Shown: positions 13,990 through 27,500 of the stretch, piece by piece
Layout of the letters: each line of letters opens with the position of its first letter
How positions within the stretch are numbered: position 1 is the first letter of the stretch
Origin: Gnetum montanum
Lineage: Eukaryota > Plantae > Gnetophyta
Assembly (NCBI GenBank): GCA_015680685.1
Contig: MNCI01001919.1
Span: forward strand, 900,712-964,711
Direction of reading: 5' to 3'
DNA length: 64,000 nt
Program-made: the position numbers and the translations under genes
The notes under the pieces: model-generated
The model's input: the letters and a program-made list of their open reading frames with translations, nothing else
Database searches by the model: none
What the model was told of the DNA's origin: nothing

Positions 13990-15117
13990 ACCTTTATTTT
14001 CTACAAGATTAAAACTTTTCATAGAAGTTCTAAACTCCTATGGAAGTTATAATTTGATCTCCTTGATATTTGTAAGGATGTAATTACCAAGAAGACACTT
14101 GCCAACTATGACTAGATTTTCTCATAACTTCCTATAGAATTTATAACTTCTTGAGGTAGTTATGAATAAATTACCTAGATATTTTCTATCCTCCTTAACC
14201 TCTCATTATTATTGTAACTATCCTAAGGCCACTATATAAGGACTGCAAGGGTAGAATTCAAGAAGATTTTTTGGAGGAGTTTTTGGGGAGAAGCAACTTT
14301 GAAGACAATTGAAAATTTCTTGTAAAGCATGGTTTGCTAAAGACATCAATTTAGCTAATTTTTTTTTAATCCTATGAGCTCATGTCTTCCCATTTTGTTT
14401 TAGTTAGCTAGTGGTTTAGACAGTATCATGCTTGGCATTTAATTTTGGATTTTTCTAGGTTGTCTTAATAGCTCTATTTTTGTACAATATTAGACTTCTA
14501 TTAGAGTTGCGAAATAAGAGCTTATGTTGTGTTATAAAAGCATATTGAGCAATTTAATAGTAATTTCTTATAGAAATTACCTGTTTGAGTTTAGAGAATC
14601 TAGATAATCTTTAATACTTTGAGATGATTAAAGTAGCTTCTTTATTTATAAAGCTAATTATCTTAGTATTGCAATCTTAAAATTGTTAAAGTTTTCTAGA
14701 ATATCTATTATTTTCAATTCTTGACCAATATTTAACTAGCCAAATAGAAGCTTGTACTTCGTCATTTACAAAGAATTTTGATAATTAAATAAGAGTGTCT
14801 TTTATGAAATTTCTTGTTGAGCTCTGAAGGTTTGGATGATTCGTAATAGATTGAATTGGAATAGATCTATTGCAAAGTGTTTTCTCATGTTAATTTATCT
14901 TGCTTAAATTTTTAAAACTCAAAAAAATTTTCTTTCTTTTCTTTTCTCTTTCTAAATCCTTTGAATCTTACGCTATTTCTAGTTTTCTTGTGGAATTCTC
15001 TCTCTAGGAAAAATTAGGAGTAGATTAGTAGAATTGTGCTCAAATGTTTTTGTAAAATTTTATTTGTTACAAGTAATGAACTATAAGGACTATATAGACT
15101 AAGTGATTTGACAAAAT
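13990..15117 (+). mobile_element. LTR fragment of family X
   Basis: Reverse-complement match to 18285-19060 (e.g. TGGTTTAGACAGTA..TGCTT-GCATTTAATTTTGG; GGCCACTATA-AAG TATA region). Confidence 0.7.
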
Positions 15118-15439
15118 ATGAACCTTCAACAACTCACCTTTTAGGAGATTGAAGTTTCATGTTTAGCATTTATCTTGAATTATTTAATTTGTATCATTAT
15201 ATTTACATTAAGGATAACATAAACTTTTTTGGAAGCACCACCATTATTGAGATTTATTTGAAGTGGTTTATGGAGTTATTTATATTATTTTACCTATTTA
15301 TGCATTATGTTAAATTTATTTTATGTATTTGCATTATGGTATCATGTCTTTTCTAGCCTAGGTATTATGTTTTTATTATTATGCATCTTGTACTTATATT
15401 TTCTTGTATCAAGTAACTTCTCACACTTTCTCGTGCAAG

Positions 15440-16820
15440 AAGAATTGTATACAAAGATAGTCGTTAGCATCTACAAATCTAATAGCATGAAGACATACTC
15501 AAGATGTACACTAAAAGGGTGTGCATAGGGAGCAAATGAACCATCTTGAGCACGAGTGGTGGGAGGTGAAATTCCCTATGGTGCCATTGAGGACACCTGA
15601 GAACTTTAAGTCTCTCATGGAGCTTGTTAACTCACTAGTTGTTACATCCCTAATGCTTCACAATCTCAATTTTGTACTGATGGGAGGTGAGACATTTTAT
15701 GAGCAGAAGGCACATTAGTTTTACTTGATGTTTTGAAGGACCTCGTATACATCTTGGACTTTCTAGGTTGGTGGCATGTCCTATGACATCAACAAGGCCC
15801 TTGTATATTAGGTTCTTAAGATGCAGGTTGGATATAATTGACAACACTTCATGGTAGCATCTTTGAAGAGGAAAACTTAGTTGTCTGAGCTCTTCCCTGG
15901 AGTTGTAATGGATGAGATGGGATGATCCTACAAAAACCTTTCTTTAGAAAGGAGGGTTCTTACTAGGAATGTGATGATAAACATCCTAGGTAGTTCTCAT
16001 TTCATGCATGCCATGTCATTTAACATGCTAGTCATGAGTGACATGGAGGATCTTGGTAAACTCAATTATTGATTCATCATTTTATCCAAGATGGAGTTGG
16101 TAGTTAGAGATGATAATGAGGTTCCTTTCCCATTGGTGATTTCAACATTATATCGACACTTCCAAATTCGGCCACTAGCCCTATCCATCAAGGAGATTAT
16201 TGCATGAGGTGTGGACTAGTTTCCAAATTTGGAATGCACTTTTTACACTCAACAATTGCCCCAAATAGGATATGAGGAGGTTAGATGGATTCATAACCCA
16301 TGTGTTCCTAATGATGAGGGCAAGGTTTCTTGGATGGCTCATTATGTAGATAAGAAGCAACAGTAATGGTTGGAGTAGCATGAATAATGAATGATGATTA
16401 GGCTTTGATAGGAGCCAAAGTATGGATCATGAGTCATTTGGATACACTACAGGTAAGTCTCATTACACATTGTAATGAGATGGAGATTCATATGCATGTC
16501 CATTATGATAGGCTAGAGAGGAGGTAGAATTGGGTAGTATCTAATGTGGAGATCCTTGGGCATCACATGTTCTTTTAGCTAAGGGAGTTGTGATAGTTCT
16601 TCAATCCTCTATAGGTTGGTGAGTAGGTGGATTGAGAGTTCGTATTGATGGGCTCACCTATCACCAACAAGAAGTAGGCCAGACCATCTATCCTTATAGC
16701 AATGTGGATGATGAGGTCACAAAGGAGGATTTTATGAGTGAGAAGCCTAGAGAGGGTGCTTCTCAATCTCCTACTTTAGCATAGGTTCCTAACCCTTTTC
16801 AAGAAATGCCTCTACTCCTC
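15440..16820 (+). pseudogene. Decayed Athila-type env-like / plant-transposon ORF
   Basis: Translation contains ETFY...VGGMSYDIN...LSLERRVL...NILGSSH...EVPFPLVISTLYRH, the LPFPxLIxxLC-type motif also seen at ~57900-57960. Followed by a PPT and an LTR. Confidence 0.6.
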
Positions 16821-17002
16821 TAGCTTGAGCATTTTATTTCCCTCTCGCTCTTTCCCTTTTCTCTTCTTTTTGTATACTCATGAGGTGTTATGATATTTGC
16901 ATATTAATCTTATGCTCTATCTTCTTTATTGTGATTTTCATTAATTCATGCACATTCTTCCACTTCCTTTTATCATAACAATAAAGAGATAGTTGGGGGC
17001 TA

Positions 17003-17959
17003 TGTTAGGATGTGAATTAATGCCATTTTTTACTTGGTTTCTTCAAGTGTTTGGATTAGGATAGCTTGCTGTGATCTTATGTAACTCAAAGTTTCCCATA
17101 GCTCATCGTCATAGGATAGGAACAAGACCTTCAATAATGAGAATGACCCTTATGAAGTCCAAAAGGAAGAGTGTCTATCAAAAAATTGCGAAAAGTGATT
17201 TTTAGAAGGAGGAAGATAGAGGAACAAGTGAAGTTAGTTGTGAACAAATATGGAGTAGCACATGAAAGTTGCATATGAGTCTAATGATGAACTACAAGCT
17301 CATGCAACCTGCATTAGCTTGTAGCTCATAGAATTTCCACTAGTTGTGGATTGTAGCCAATTGTAATTTAACTTTGAATAGAAATTGAGAATTCATTAGT
17401 GCAAATCCCTCTAATCACACCTCTGTCATAGTCCTTGATAGTCTACTAAATCCTAATTGGTCACTTGATCATTAGGATTTGATTATCTAACCATTGAAAA
17501 TAGTTTAGTGAGATTGCTAATCAAAACCATTAGCAATTTTGAATTGGCTTCATAAATCTTCATCAAGCTATGAGATGCAATCTTGTGTGGCTCACATCTA
17601 GGTTGCAACCGTTAGCCAGAAGTTATTCTAACCATCAACTAAAGCTATTTTAGTGCTAAATCAAAGTGGGACTATAAAGTGTTCCTCAAAAGGAGAAAGC
17701 AGAAAGGAGAATAGAATAAAAATATTAATGATGATAAGATAGATAGAAGAGTTTCTAGGAAAGATATAGAATTTAAAGAGAATTAGAATTATTCTATTGA
17801 ATTGTATTATTTTATATTAAATATTCTTAAATAATAAGATAGTTGTCTTTTTCTTGCTTAAGAGTGAATTCATGTTAAGTATTCTTCACCATAATTCTGG
17901 CAATTAATCTGACGTAACCCACAATCCTCCGTTTGATTAAATTGCACACTTCTACAACA
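17003..17959 (+). mobile_element. 3' LTR of a second Athila-like family
   Basis: PPT AGAGATAGTTGGGGGC directly precedes TGTTAGG; TATA-like ACTATAAAG at ~17672; candidate end CTACAACA. Confidence 0.5.
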
Positions 17960-17997
17960 CAAGAATGCAAGAAAACAATCAACACTCTTCTTCTAAA

Positions 17998-19195
17998 TGT
18001 TGGCAACCATTTGGGACCACCAACATTTTCCTTCGGTCTTGCGACTGGGATCACAAGAAATAAAGGTGTTCCTTCAAACTTGAGTTTGGGTGTTTAATAG
18101 TCTCTAGAAACACCAAGGCCCATATACCTCCAAATAAACTCAATGGTAATAGAGTGAACTAAGTGTAAATGTGTGTTTGTTGTTATGAATGTTAAAATGC
18201 TTAGGTTTGTGTATGAAATTGCAACTAGTTATTATAACAGAAATTCAGCTAACCTTGTTGAATATTATGAGTCATTAAAGATTCCTATTTTGTAAATTCA
18301 CTCAGTCTATATAGTCCCTATAGTATGTTTCTTGAAAAAAATAAAATTTCACTAAAATTCTTAAGCACAATTTTGCAAAAATGTACTCCTAATTTTCCTC
18401 AAAGATAAAGATCTATAATAAAATTTGAAATAGAGTGAGATTCAATAGATTCTAAAAGAAAAGAAGAGAAAAAGAAAATTTGTCTTAGATCTTAAACATT
18501 TAAGTGAGATAAATTGAACATGAGAAAACACTTTAAAAATTGAAGCTATTTCAAGTCAACTTAAAATATCAAAGATTTTCTAGTCCCTCTAGACTCAAAT
18601 AGGAAATTTTATAAAGACATTGCTATTAAATTACTCAAGATTTTTATCAAAAGAAAACATAATCTTTTATATGAAAACCAAATAGAACTCTAGAATTATG
18701 CAAAAATAGATATATAAGAGTAATCAGAATATCCCAAAATTAAATGCTAAGCACAGTACTGTCTAAACCATTAGCTAAGCAAATAAGACAAAATGAGAAG
18801 AAAAGAACTCGTAGGATTAAAACAAAGAACTGAATTAATGATGCAATTAGCAAGCCATTCTTTACAAGTAATCTTCAATAATTCTTCCAAGTTTCTTCCT
18901 CCTTCCCATTTTCTACCCTTAAAGCTCTTTTTATAGTGGCCTCTAGGTAGCTACAATTATCATGAACAATTAAGGAATGTTATAAAAATTACAAGGGTTT
19001 AGTTATAACTACCATATGAAGTTATAACTTCTATAGGAAGTTACTCTCACTATAGAAACACAAGCCATAGCTACCATGTGTCTTGTTGGATAACTATCTA
19101 ATAAACTCCCTTTCTTCTTAGATAATAATTTTTTTAATTAAAACATGATTCTTGGATTCATGTTGGACATGTTGGCATAATACCCCAAGTCTCCA
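17998..19195 (-). mobile_element. Solo/truncated LTR of family X
   Basis: Terminus TGTTGGCAACCATTTGGGAC is the reverse complement of the 1-239 terminus; body is homologous to 13990-15117. The right boundary is approximate. Confidence 0.65.
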
Positions 19196-19204
19196 TATTC
19201 ATGT

Positions 19205-19636
19205 ATTAGGAACTATAATCAATATTTATGCTCTGCATGACAACTATGATTTTAGGCTATGGATTGTGTGCTTAAAGTTTGAGGAACTAAATGAGAAACT
19301 CTTCTTGCAATGCATTAATATCATGGAGGGCTACCTTTCTGACACTAGAATGAAGCACAAGGATGTGGAAGAGATCATCCATGTCAATGGTTTTGCTTGC
19401 ATTCCTTAGATTTAGTAGTCATTCAAGAAGTTTCTACCAAGGATTTCTCTATCATGGATGTCCAACTTCAATGAGGCTATGGCCATGGGTGCCACCATCC
19501 AGACTATCAATTTGGCCAACAAGGATGTTTAGAGCAAGCTTGGATGTCTCCATTAATGGAAATGAGATGAACTTTGTGGTGTCAAAGAATACTCTATTGT
19601 CATTTTCAAAGAGAAGCACTACACCACCTACTCCCT
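19205..19636 (+). pseudogene. HSP70: HSP70 gene fragment (end of ATPase domain, linker, start of substrate-binding domain)
   Basis: TIINIYALHDNYDF..KFEELNEKLFLQCINIMEGYLSDTRMKHKDVEEIIHVNGFACIP*I**SFKKFL...NFNEAMAMGATIQ, then (frameshifted) SLDVSINGNEMNFVVSKNTL..EKHYTTYS. This aligns with canonical [102 protein letters not shown]. Confidence 0.8.
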
Positions 19637-20265
19637 CATCATCTTTCTATCCTTGGCAACATCATCATACCTTTTAGCAATAGCATAAATGTTGGACAAC
19701 AAAGTGTGATCATCAGATTCTTTGGGAACAATTTCAAGTAGCTAGTTTTTAGCAAGGGCACCAAGCTCTAAATTACTATGCATTTTTCAAGCTCCTAGCA
19801 GAGCACTCCATGCAAGGACAATGGGCTTTAAAGGCATGTTACTGATAGAATCATAAACTTCTTTGAGATATCCTAACCAAGAAAATAGATCAACCATTCT
19901 AGCATAATGATTATTTTGGATACTAATCATGAAATATTGGATCATTGACTCATAAAAAACATTTTTCTTCACTACTAATCCTTCATGACTACAAGCCAAA
20001 ATCAAATGCAAAAATGTGATGCCATTAGGAACCAAAGTTACTTTTAGAATCACATCAAAGAGCCCTATGGCCTACTCAATTTGACCATGATGTTCTAGTC
20101 CCTTGATCATGGAATTCCATGCAAGCACTGTTGTATTCCACAACTCATCATGTCCTTTTCTTTATCCACATGTCCATTTCTAGCATACATGATGACAAGG
20201 GCATTTTCCACATAGCAATACTGACTAAATCTGAACTTGAGACTTAAGGAAAGGGTCTACCTATC
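19636..20265 (-). pseudogene. PLS-class PPR gene fragment (last repeats + E domain)
   Basis: VENALVIMYA..AWNSMIKGL..PNGITFLHLILACSHEGLV..HYARMVDLFSWLGYLKE..MPLKPIVLAWSALLGA*KMHSNLELG..LLSNIYA, with stops. Confidence 0.9.
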
Positions 20266-20274
20266 CTAGATGAT

Positions 20275-20815
20275 CCTCAAGAGGGAAGAAGAATTCATGG
20301 GAGTATAATAAAAATCATTTTTGGATCTAATGTTTTCATGGGTAATGGATTAGTGAACATGTATGCCAAATGTAGGATATTAGGTGATGCAAGTATGGTG
20401 TTTGATGAAATGTCTATGAAAGATGTGGTTTCTTAAAATGCTAGAATGGGGACTTTTAGAAAGCCTTGAAATATTTTTTATGACATGTGGGGAAGTGAGA
20501 TTGTGATAGACTTGATCAGTTTTAAGAGTGTTCTTCCTACCTGTGCTCAAACCTAGGCTTTGCAATTAGGCCATTAGATTGTAAGAAATGGGCTTAAAAC
20601 TAATGTTATGAAGACTGCATTAGTAGATATGTATGCAAAGTGTGGTAGCATTCATGATTCCAAGAAAAGTTTTGATTAAATGCCAACAAGGGATGAAATC
20701 ATATGGAATGCTCTGATTGTTGCATATGGGCAACATGATTTTGGGAAGGACGCTCTGCAACTTTTTTGGGACATGGATAAGTCTAATGCCAGGCTTAGAA
20801 TTATGACATTTCTTT
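20275..20815 (+). pseudogene. PLS-class PPR gene fragment
   Basis: EGRRIHGSIIK..SNVFMGNGLVNMYAKC..DASMVFDEMSMKDVVS*NA..TALVDMYAKCGSIHDS..MPTRDEIIWNALIVAYGQHDFGKDALQLFWDM, with stops and frameshifts. Confidence 0.9.
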
Positions 20816-21016
20816 TGAATTTAGTGAATTATCATGAAAACATTGCAAAATCTAAAATCATTTACATCTTCCTAATTTACATACATTGTTTTTTAATACA
20901 TAAGGAAGTCTGATGTTAGACCTAGAGCTATGACATTTCTTTTGAATTTAGTGAATTATCAACACAACATTGAAAAATCTAAAACCATTTGCATCTTCAT
21001 GATTTGCATACATTGC
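20804..21016. repeat. Local duplication of ~85 bp at the end of the PPR fragment
   Basis: TGACATTTCTTTTGAATTTAGTGAATTATCA...AAAATCTAAAA-CATTT-CATCTTC occurs at ~20804 and ~20930. Confidence 0.8.
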
Positions 21017-21399
21017 AACTATGAGGGTTGTCTTGCTAATGTAGCAATCTTTTAACTCTTAAATTTTAGAATAAAATTCTGAACTAAATTTTTTTCTTAA
21101 CAAAGACCATCACTGCTCCATCAAATGGTAGAAATGCACCAACACTAAACTAACTAACATTATTCATAGCTTATATAATAACACAAATAATTTAGATGTT
21201 ATTCTTTATTTTGATGGAGTGCACACTTCCTTCAGATCTAGTCTAGCCTCTATCTTTATTCTTTCTACTAATCAAGTTCTCTATAAGATTTATAAACTTG
21301 ATTTTCTATGCATTTACAATATATTTAAATATGAGGCTCTTATATGAGGTCTCTTGCAAGCCTTTCAGAATTAAGTCAAGACTATTACTATTTATGATG

Positions 21400-24300
21400 A
21401 ATCTTAGCTCATCATAAATTAAGTTAATGGTGAATATTACTACAAGGCTTATTAGTTATTTTTTTTATCTAGAAATGACTAAGGAACCTATTATTTGTAA
21501 TTCATGATAATATTTTAGCCTTACCATATCAACTTATGTAAACTATTTACTTAACACATGTCACACAATCTCCCAACATCTCAGTTGATCTATCAACAAA
21601 AATGATGAGAGTTAGCAATGAGCAAATCTTCTTTATTACCTCACTACTATAGAAACTCCTAATCATATAAAACCCTCATAAAAATATGATTTAAGTAAAA
21701 TTAGGCAATACTTCCAATTAGTGAATCTTGATATTTTATGTCAAGTTTTTTCTACAAGCATTCTTCTACATTGTTTTAATCTTGTGGAGTCTAAGAAAGT
21801 TCTTCATCAAGTTCATCCAAGAGTTTGTGATGGATACTTAGGATCATGGTTCTTGGATTCTCATATATTTATTTAATCTATTGGTAGCCAACCTTAGCTA
21901 AAGAAACTTACAATTTTAACAAGACATATGATACTTCACAAAGACATATACTGCTTATCTATCTTTCATTATAGGAGGTTAATATGTCTCAAATTATTCA
22001 GCTCTTTCAAAAATGATATTTAGATACTATTGATGCCATTAATCCTACTTCATCTACTAGGCATCAATTTATTTTAGTTAATGTATAATATTTTACAAAG
22101 AGGGTAGATGTTGTTCCTTTGTATTCTACAAATTCCTTCTTCATTTTTCATTTCACTCTTAATCACATAATAACCTACTTTGATGTGCCTCTCCAAATTA
22201 TAATCAAAAAAGGAGCTTACTTTAAAAGTAAGAATGTTGCTAATTTATGCTTCATGTATCGCATCATCTAGTCATTCTCATTATCTTATTACCCTTAATC
22301 TAATGGTTAAGAAGAATTCAATAATAAAACTTACATTCTTTTCCTTTTTATGATGGTTAATAAAATCCAATACAATTGGCACATATAGCTATGTCATTCT
22401 CTTTGGGTCTACCATATCATTTTCAAATAGGCACTAGTTATACCTCATAATTTCTAACCTATGATTTTGAGACAATCTTACCAATTGATCTTTGTATTTC
22501 ATCTCTCTATGTTACTCTTCATGATTGGTATTTAGCTCAAGATAATAACAATATGTAATGTGTTAAGTTAGAACTTCTAGAAGAATAATGAAAAGCTACT
22601 CTTCAACATTTACATGAATATTAAGAAGATATTTAATTTTGTTACTCTAGATATGTCAAAATAAAAGAGATTCATAAAGGTGGTCTAGTCCATCATTTTC
22701 TGAACTCTAGATTTCTAAAATTTTTCCCTAATTGGCAAGGTTCTTTTATGGTGGTTCAATCTCTACAAAATGGTTTCTATATTATATGTGATCTAGAAGG
22801 ATATTAGTTTTTAGATTGCATTAAGAGAAGCTTTTCAAAGCACTACTATATATAAGGGGCTAATCTATTATAACATTAAACCTATTGACTCTTTGAGATT
22901 GAACATGTATTCTTCCAATGATAATTTACCTTTTATTAGTTATTTTATACTATGATAAGATATGTACTTTTTCAAGATAATATTTTTTCTCTAAATTCTA
23001 TTTCATTTTGCATTATTTTGCTTACTCCTCCTCCTCTCTATCTCATATTCTACTATTTCTCTAGCTATTTTCTTCATATTTCCTTATGTTTTCTATCCCA
23101 TTCTACTCTATGTACCTAGCATAATTAGTGAGGTTTTTTAGTGATCAAATATCTCCTTGCTTCATGTGAAAATATGACTAAGGGTGTTTTTGATTTGGAT
23201 AGGGAGAGATTACTTTGATAGTATATATAGCATCCTTTTCACCCATATAATGTGTAGGATTTAGCACCATCCTCATGACACATGTATAGGTAATATTCTT
23301 TTTTCTTCCTTTGCTTTTTTACTCTCTTGTATTATATTTATCTCTCCTTTTTCTTATCCCCTCTTCTTATTATTTCCACTTCTCTCTATATTTAGCATTA
23401 ATGAGGCTAAACAAGAGTCTCTCTCTTAGTGCAATGAGGAAGTATTGAATGTAGAGCAATGTAAGAGGTATAAATATTCATATAAGGTAAGGGAGAGATC
23501 AATTTTAAGGATCTAGCCATGTTCCACTTCTATGACACAACACCCCATCATTAATGTATTAGTGATGTTCCTAATATGCTTTTCCCTTATTCTATTATTT
23601 TCTATTTTTGCTTTAACTCTCCCTATCTTTCTCTATCTCTTTCTCTTTTCTTAATCTATATTAGTAAGGCTAAACAAGTGTCTTTGCTTTACTCTAGTGG
23701 GGGTTTGATTGAGAGAGTTGAGTAAATTAGGAAGTTCCTTATTAACATTTTATGTACTTTTTGGGATCTAGCCATGTCCTAGTCGTGTGGTGTAGCACTC
23801 CACCATAGGTGTATTAGCAATATTCTAAACTTTTCCCATTATTTTTCCACTTTATTTAAATCCTCTTATAAGTACTAAGTAGATTGTATCTTTTCTTGAT
23901 GAATTATTATTTATATTTTCAGTAGTATATATTAAGGGGGTACAATGTTGTACCCACTTTGACTTTTTTCTGCATAAGTAATATTTTTAGGTATATTCTA
24001 TTGCTTTTCAAGCTCTAGACATTTGACATTCCATGTCATCAACCATGTTTTTTCTAGTTCTTATCTTAAAAATTAATAAAAAATGACATCTCACATCATT
24101 TTCTATGTTATTGTGGATATTGTTTTTAGTCTTTAGTTTTGACATCTAGCATTATCTCCGACATGGATTCTAACTTTAGCTTTTTCAGTAGTTTGTTCTT
24201 AATGTACAATGTCATTTTTATTTTCATTATCCAACATCAATCCTACTTTTTATTTTGGACCTCACTTTCCACATCAGCTTATTCAAAACATTCTAGAAGT

Positions 24301-24563
24301 TTATACAGATCCTAATGCATCATTTCTTCATAGTCAATGAGATATTTATGGATTATAAATAAGAGGATACACTTAAGAAGATAGAGGTTAGAAGGTTAAA
24401 AATTTTGAAGAGAAAGAAACCTATGAAATAGTAACTCTTGTTGCAATTTTCTCTAATATATTAGAAATTTCTATGTGCTTCTTAACTCCTTAGAGTTTTT
24501 CTAATTTCTCCCTTTGATTATTCTACTGATACATTGTAGTCCCTTCATGTTGTCCTCCTAACA
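21400..24563 (+). mobile_element. 3' half of a decayed Tat-like Gypsy element: integrase (~21750-22855), repetitive 3' UTR, PPT, 3' LTR (~23946-24563)
   Basis: ESKKVLHQVHPRVCDGYLG..YW*PTLAKE (HHCC region), DTIDAINPTSSTRHQFIL, SYFKSKNVANLC..YYP*SNG, PNWQGSF. Three GGATCTAGCCATG-like 3' UTR units; PPT AAGGGGGTACAA followed by TGTTG. Confidence 0.65.
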
Positions 24564-27500
24564 TATGGAGAATCTCATTCAATCTAGATTGATGTACAAA
24601 TTTGATTCAATTCCCTTGGGTCACATCTCACTATTTTCCTAATTTGCAATAGTTTCATCCAATTGAGAAATCTCCATTAGGCACATAAATCAAAGAGAGA
24701 ATAGGGTAACATAGCTACTCTTCATACATCCTTGATCCCTAATTTCATCTCCTGAATTACTAATCCATTCTCCTAGATTCCTTTCATAGATATTCTACTT
24801 TTCATATATTTTAGTTTTTCTTTCTCCAATATGTATTTGGTATTGTATCAAATTTTTTACTATTCTTTTAACTTAAGAATATGAATTTTTTATTATATTT
24901 CTTTTGTTCTATTCCATAGTTTTAATTCTTTTAGTTATAAATGCTTTTATTTTTTGTAAATTTTATTTTTCATAATGTTTCTCTTTTGTATTTCATTGTG
25001 CATACACCTTTCTTTTCATCACATTTGTTTTTCTTTTAACTAACTATTCCATGCATCTCTTTTTTGCTTATTATTTTCTTGTGTTTGGCAAAAATACTAC
25101 ATTAAATTATTGGAATTTCTAATAATATATAGCTCCCCTTTCAATTTAGATATGTGTTTCATTAGACCATTTGGTGACCTTGGAATTCTTAGCTTATTTT
25201 CTTATAGGATTCTTTTAAATCTCAGATTCATGATGATTCTGATCACAATAGAGCAATGAACCTTCATGTAGGGGGATTCATTAAGGAGAATCTTTAAAAT
25301 ATTTTAGATATAGGAGCTACCACCATCCTTTGAGTAGCAAGCTATGGATAGCATTTTTGGTGTCTTTGTGTAGTATCTTCCATTAGTTTCAAAACCTTAT
25401 CAGTGACATGGTACTCCATCCTTCTCTAGGACCACTTCATCATTAGATAGTGCACCTAGGATAATCCATTTTTGAGTTAAGCCTAAAACTTGATGATGAC
25501 CTCTAGCTTTCAACTAGGCTCCATATGATAGTCATGAATCTAATGATGTTGTGTAGTTATTCAAATGATCCACTAGTAATGATGATGATGAGGAAAAAAA
25601 CTATCCACTAGAAGTCCATCACTAGGATTTAGATAAGCATGAGACTGATAATGAGTAATCCTTTGTTTGGATGATCAAAAAGGGTGAGATGGTTTTCTAT
25701 AGTTCTTAATGTTTATGACCATTTTTATTATATATATGTATGGCCATGTATGTTCTGATATTAGTGATAGTCATGAAATATGTACTTGTGAATAGTGATA
25801 ATGGTTCTTTCTTGTGATGTATGTGATCTTAGAAAGTCGTAAGAAATTTAGTTGTTTCCTATATCTCTCCTTTACTATGAGATCCATTTTGTTACTTGTT
25901 TCGTATAGTAAAATGAATTTTTCAAACATAGTTATTATGGATGAATAATTCACATGATTTGCATTTCATAGTTTTTCATCTTGCTCATTATAGATCTTCA
26001 CCTTGATAATTTAATTTCTTGTGGTTTATTAGTTTTATGATACTTCATTTTATTCAAGTTTTGAACATCACCAAAAAGAAGAAGATTGTTGATATTTTAG
26101 TATATCTAAACTTGATAAAATGAAGATCATATTTGGTTGTATCCATGTTAGATTATGTCTCACAAAACTCTACTAAGATTGACAAAATATTTGGATATTC
26201 TTAGACTAACAAAATATTTTTCCACCAAGTTTAAAGACTATTAGTGAAGGTGAAAAAAATGTCTTTCACCAATGAATTACTTCTTCCTCATGGATAATAT
26301 GCCTTTCCAAAGTTAGGAAAAAAATTGCAAAATATTTCTTACCATCAGAAAAAACATTTTTCCTTCATGTAGAATATCTTTTTCAAGAGCTATGACTTTT
26401 GCAGAAGATGTCTATCTCTCATACAAGATGTCATTCCAACTTAAAAGACATCTTTTTTGCAAGGGGTAAAAATACAATATGATGTTACAAGCTTTAAAAA
26501 ATATGTAGCTAGTCATTAGTGAGGGTTCTAATGATTATCTCTTCCAAAGATCTATAAAGGAAACATAAGGCAAAGTTCCAGTGTAACTAGGAGCATTAAT
26601 CAATCATTGAGTATCCAGCATCCAAGTAATTTACATAGTACATTCTTGTTTGTATTTTTGCATTTTTTGATCATAGAAAAAGAAATATGAAAGATAGTTT
26701 ATAATTTTCTTAATTCAATTTTTTTCGTTTCCTTCTTGAGCCTTGTAAGGTTATGTATTATTCTTGAAGAAGAATACATATGTTTACTATTATTGTAATG
26801 TACCCATTTCCAAATGGTGCTACTGCATAATGAAGATGGAGCCTCTTCATAACAAATGTTATCATTATCATAAGAAGACTTGAAAGGGGAGTTGTAATTA
26901 AGATCCAAAAGGGCATGTTGTAATAATGGACATGTCTCTTGAGGTGACCTTTAGGGGTTTGACCTAAGCCATTTCTACTTGAGCATTAGAAGTTGTATCA
27001 TCATGGAGTTGTGGAGATAATAAAGGTGAGTAATGGATGCTAGGTGAAGTAGGATAGGAAGAGGACTAGCCATCCCTTCTGGCTGGGTGTAGGCCTAATT
27101 TTGGTGGCAATGCTGGATTGCCTCTAAGAGATAGATGCCAAAGGAAGAAAGTCCCAAGGAACACCCACAACATCATCCAGATACACTATTCTCCATCAAT
27201 AAAGCATTCTTTTCTTTTTCTTTTTAATTTTCCTTGTTAATTTCTTTTCGTATAATGTCAAATTTTACATATATTTAACATGTGGTATATTATCTTCTTA
27301 TGCATAATGTCTAATATAATGTATATTTGACATTTTTCATGACATCCATGAATGGGATGTCACATTTGGTATCAAAGAAAACCATGTTCCAAAGGCCAAT
27401 TAGAACAATGGATCAACTACAACATGATGATTAACCATGGAGCCAAGATCTAAGGAGAGCCATGGACCACCACCATATGTATCATATGTCCAAGAGGATC

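Noticed and set aside
19255-19380. KFEELNEK...GYLSDTR as a PPR E+/DYW domain
   Set aside because: Superficial resemblance only; the extended alignment fits HSP70 over ~140 residues and it is on the opposite strand to the adjacent E domain.
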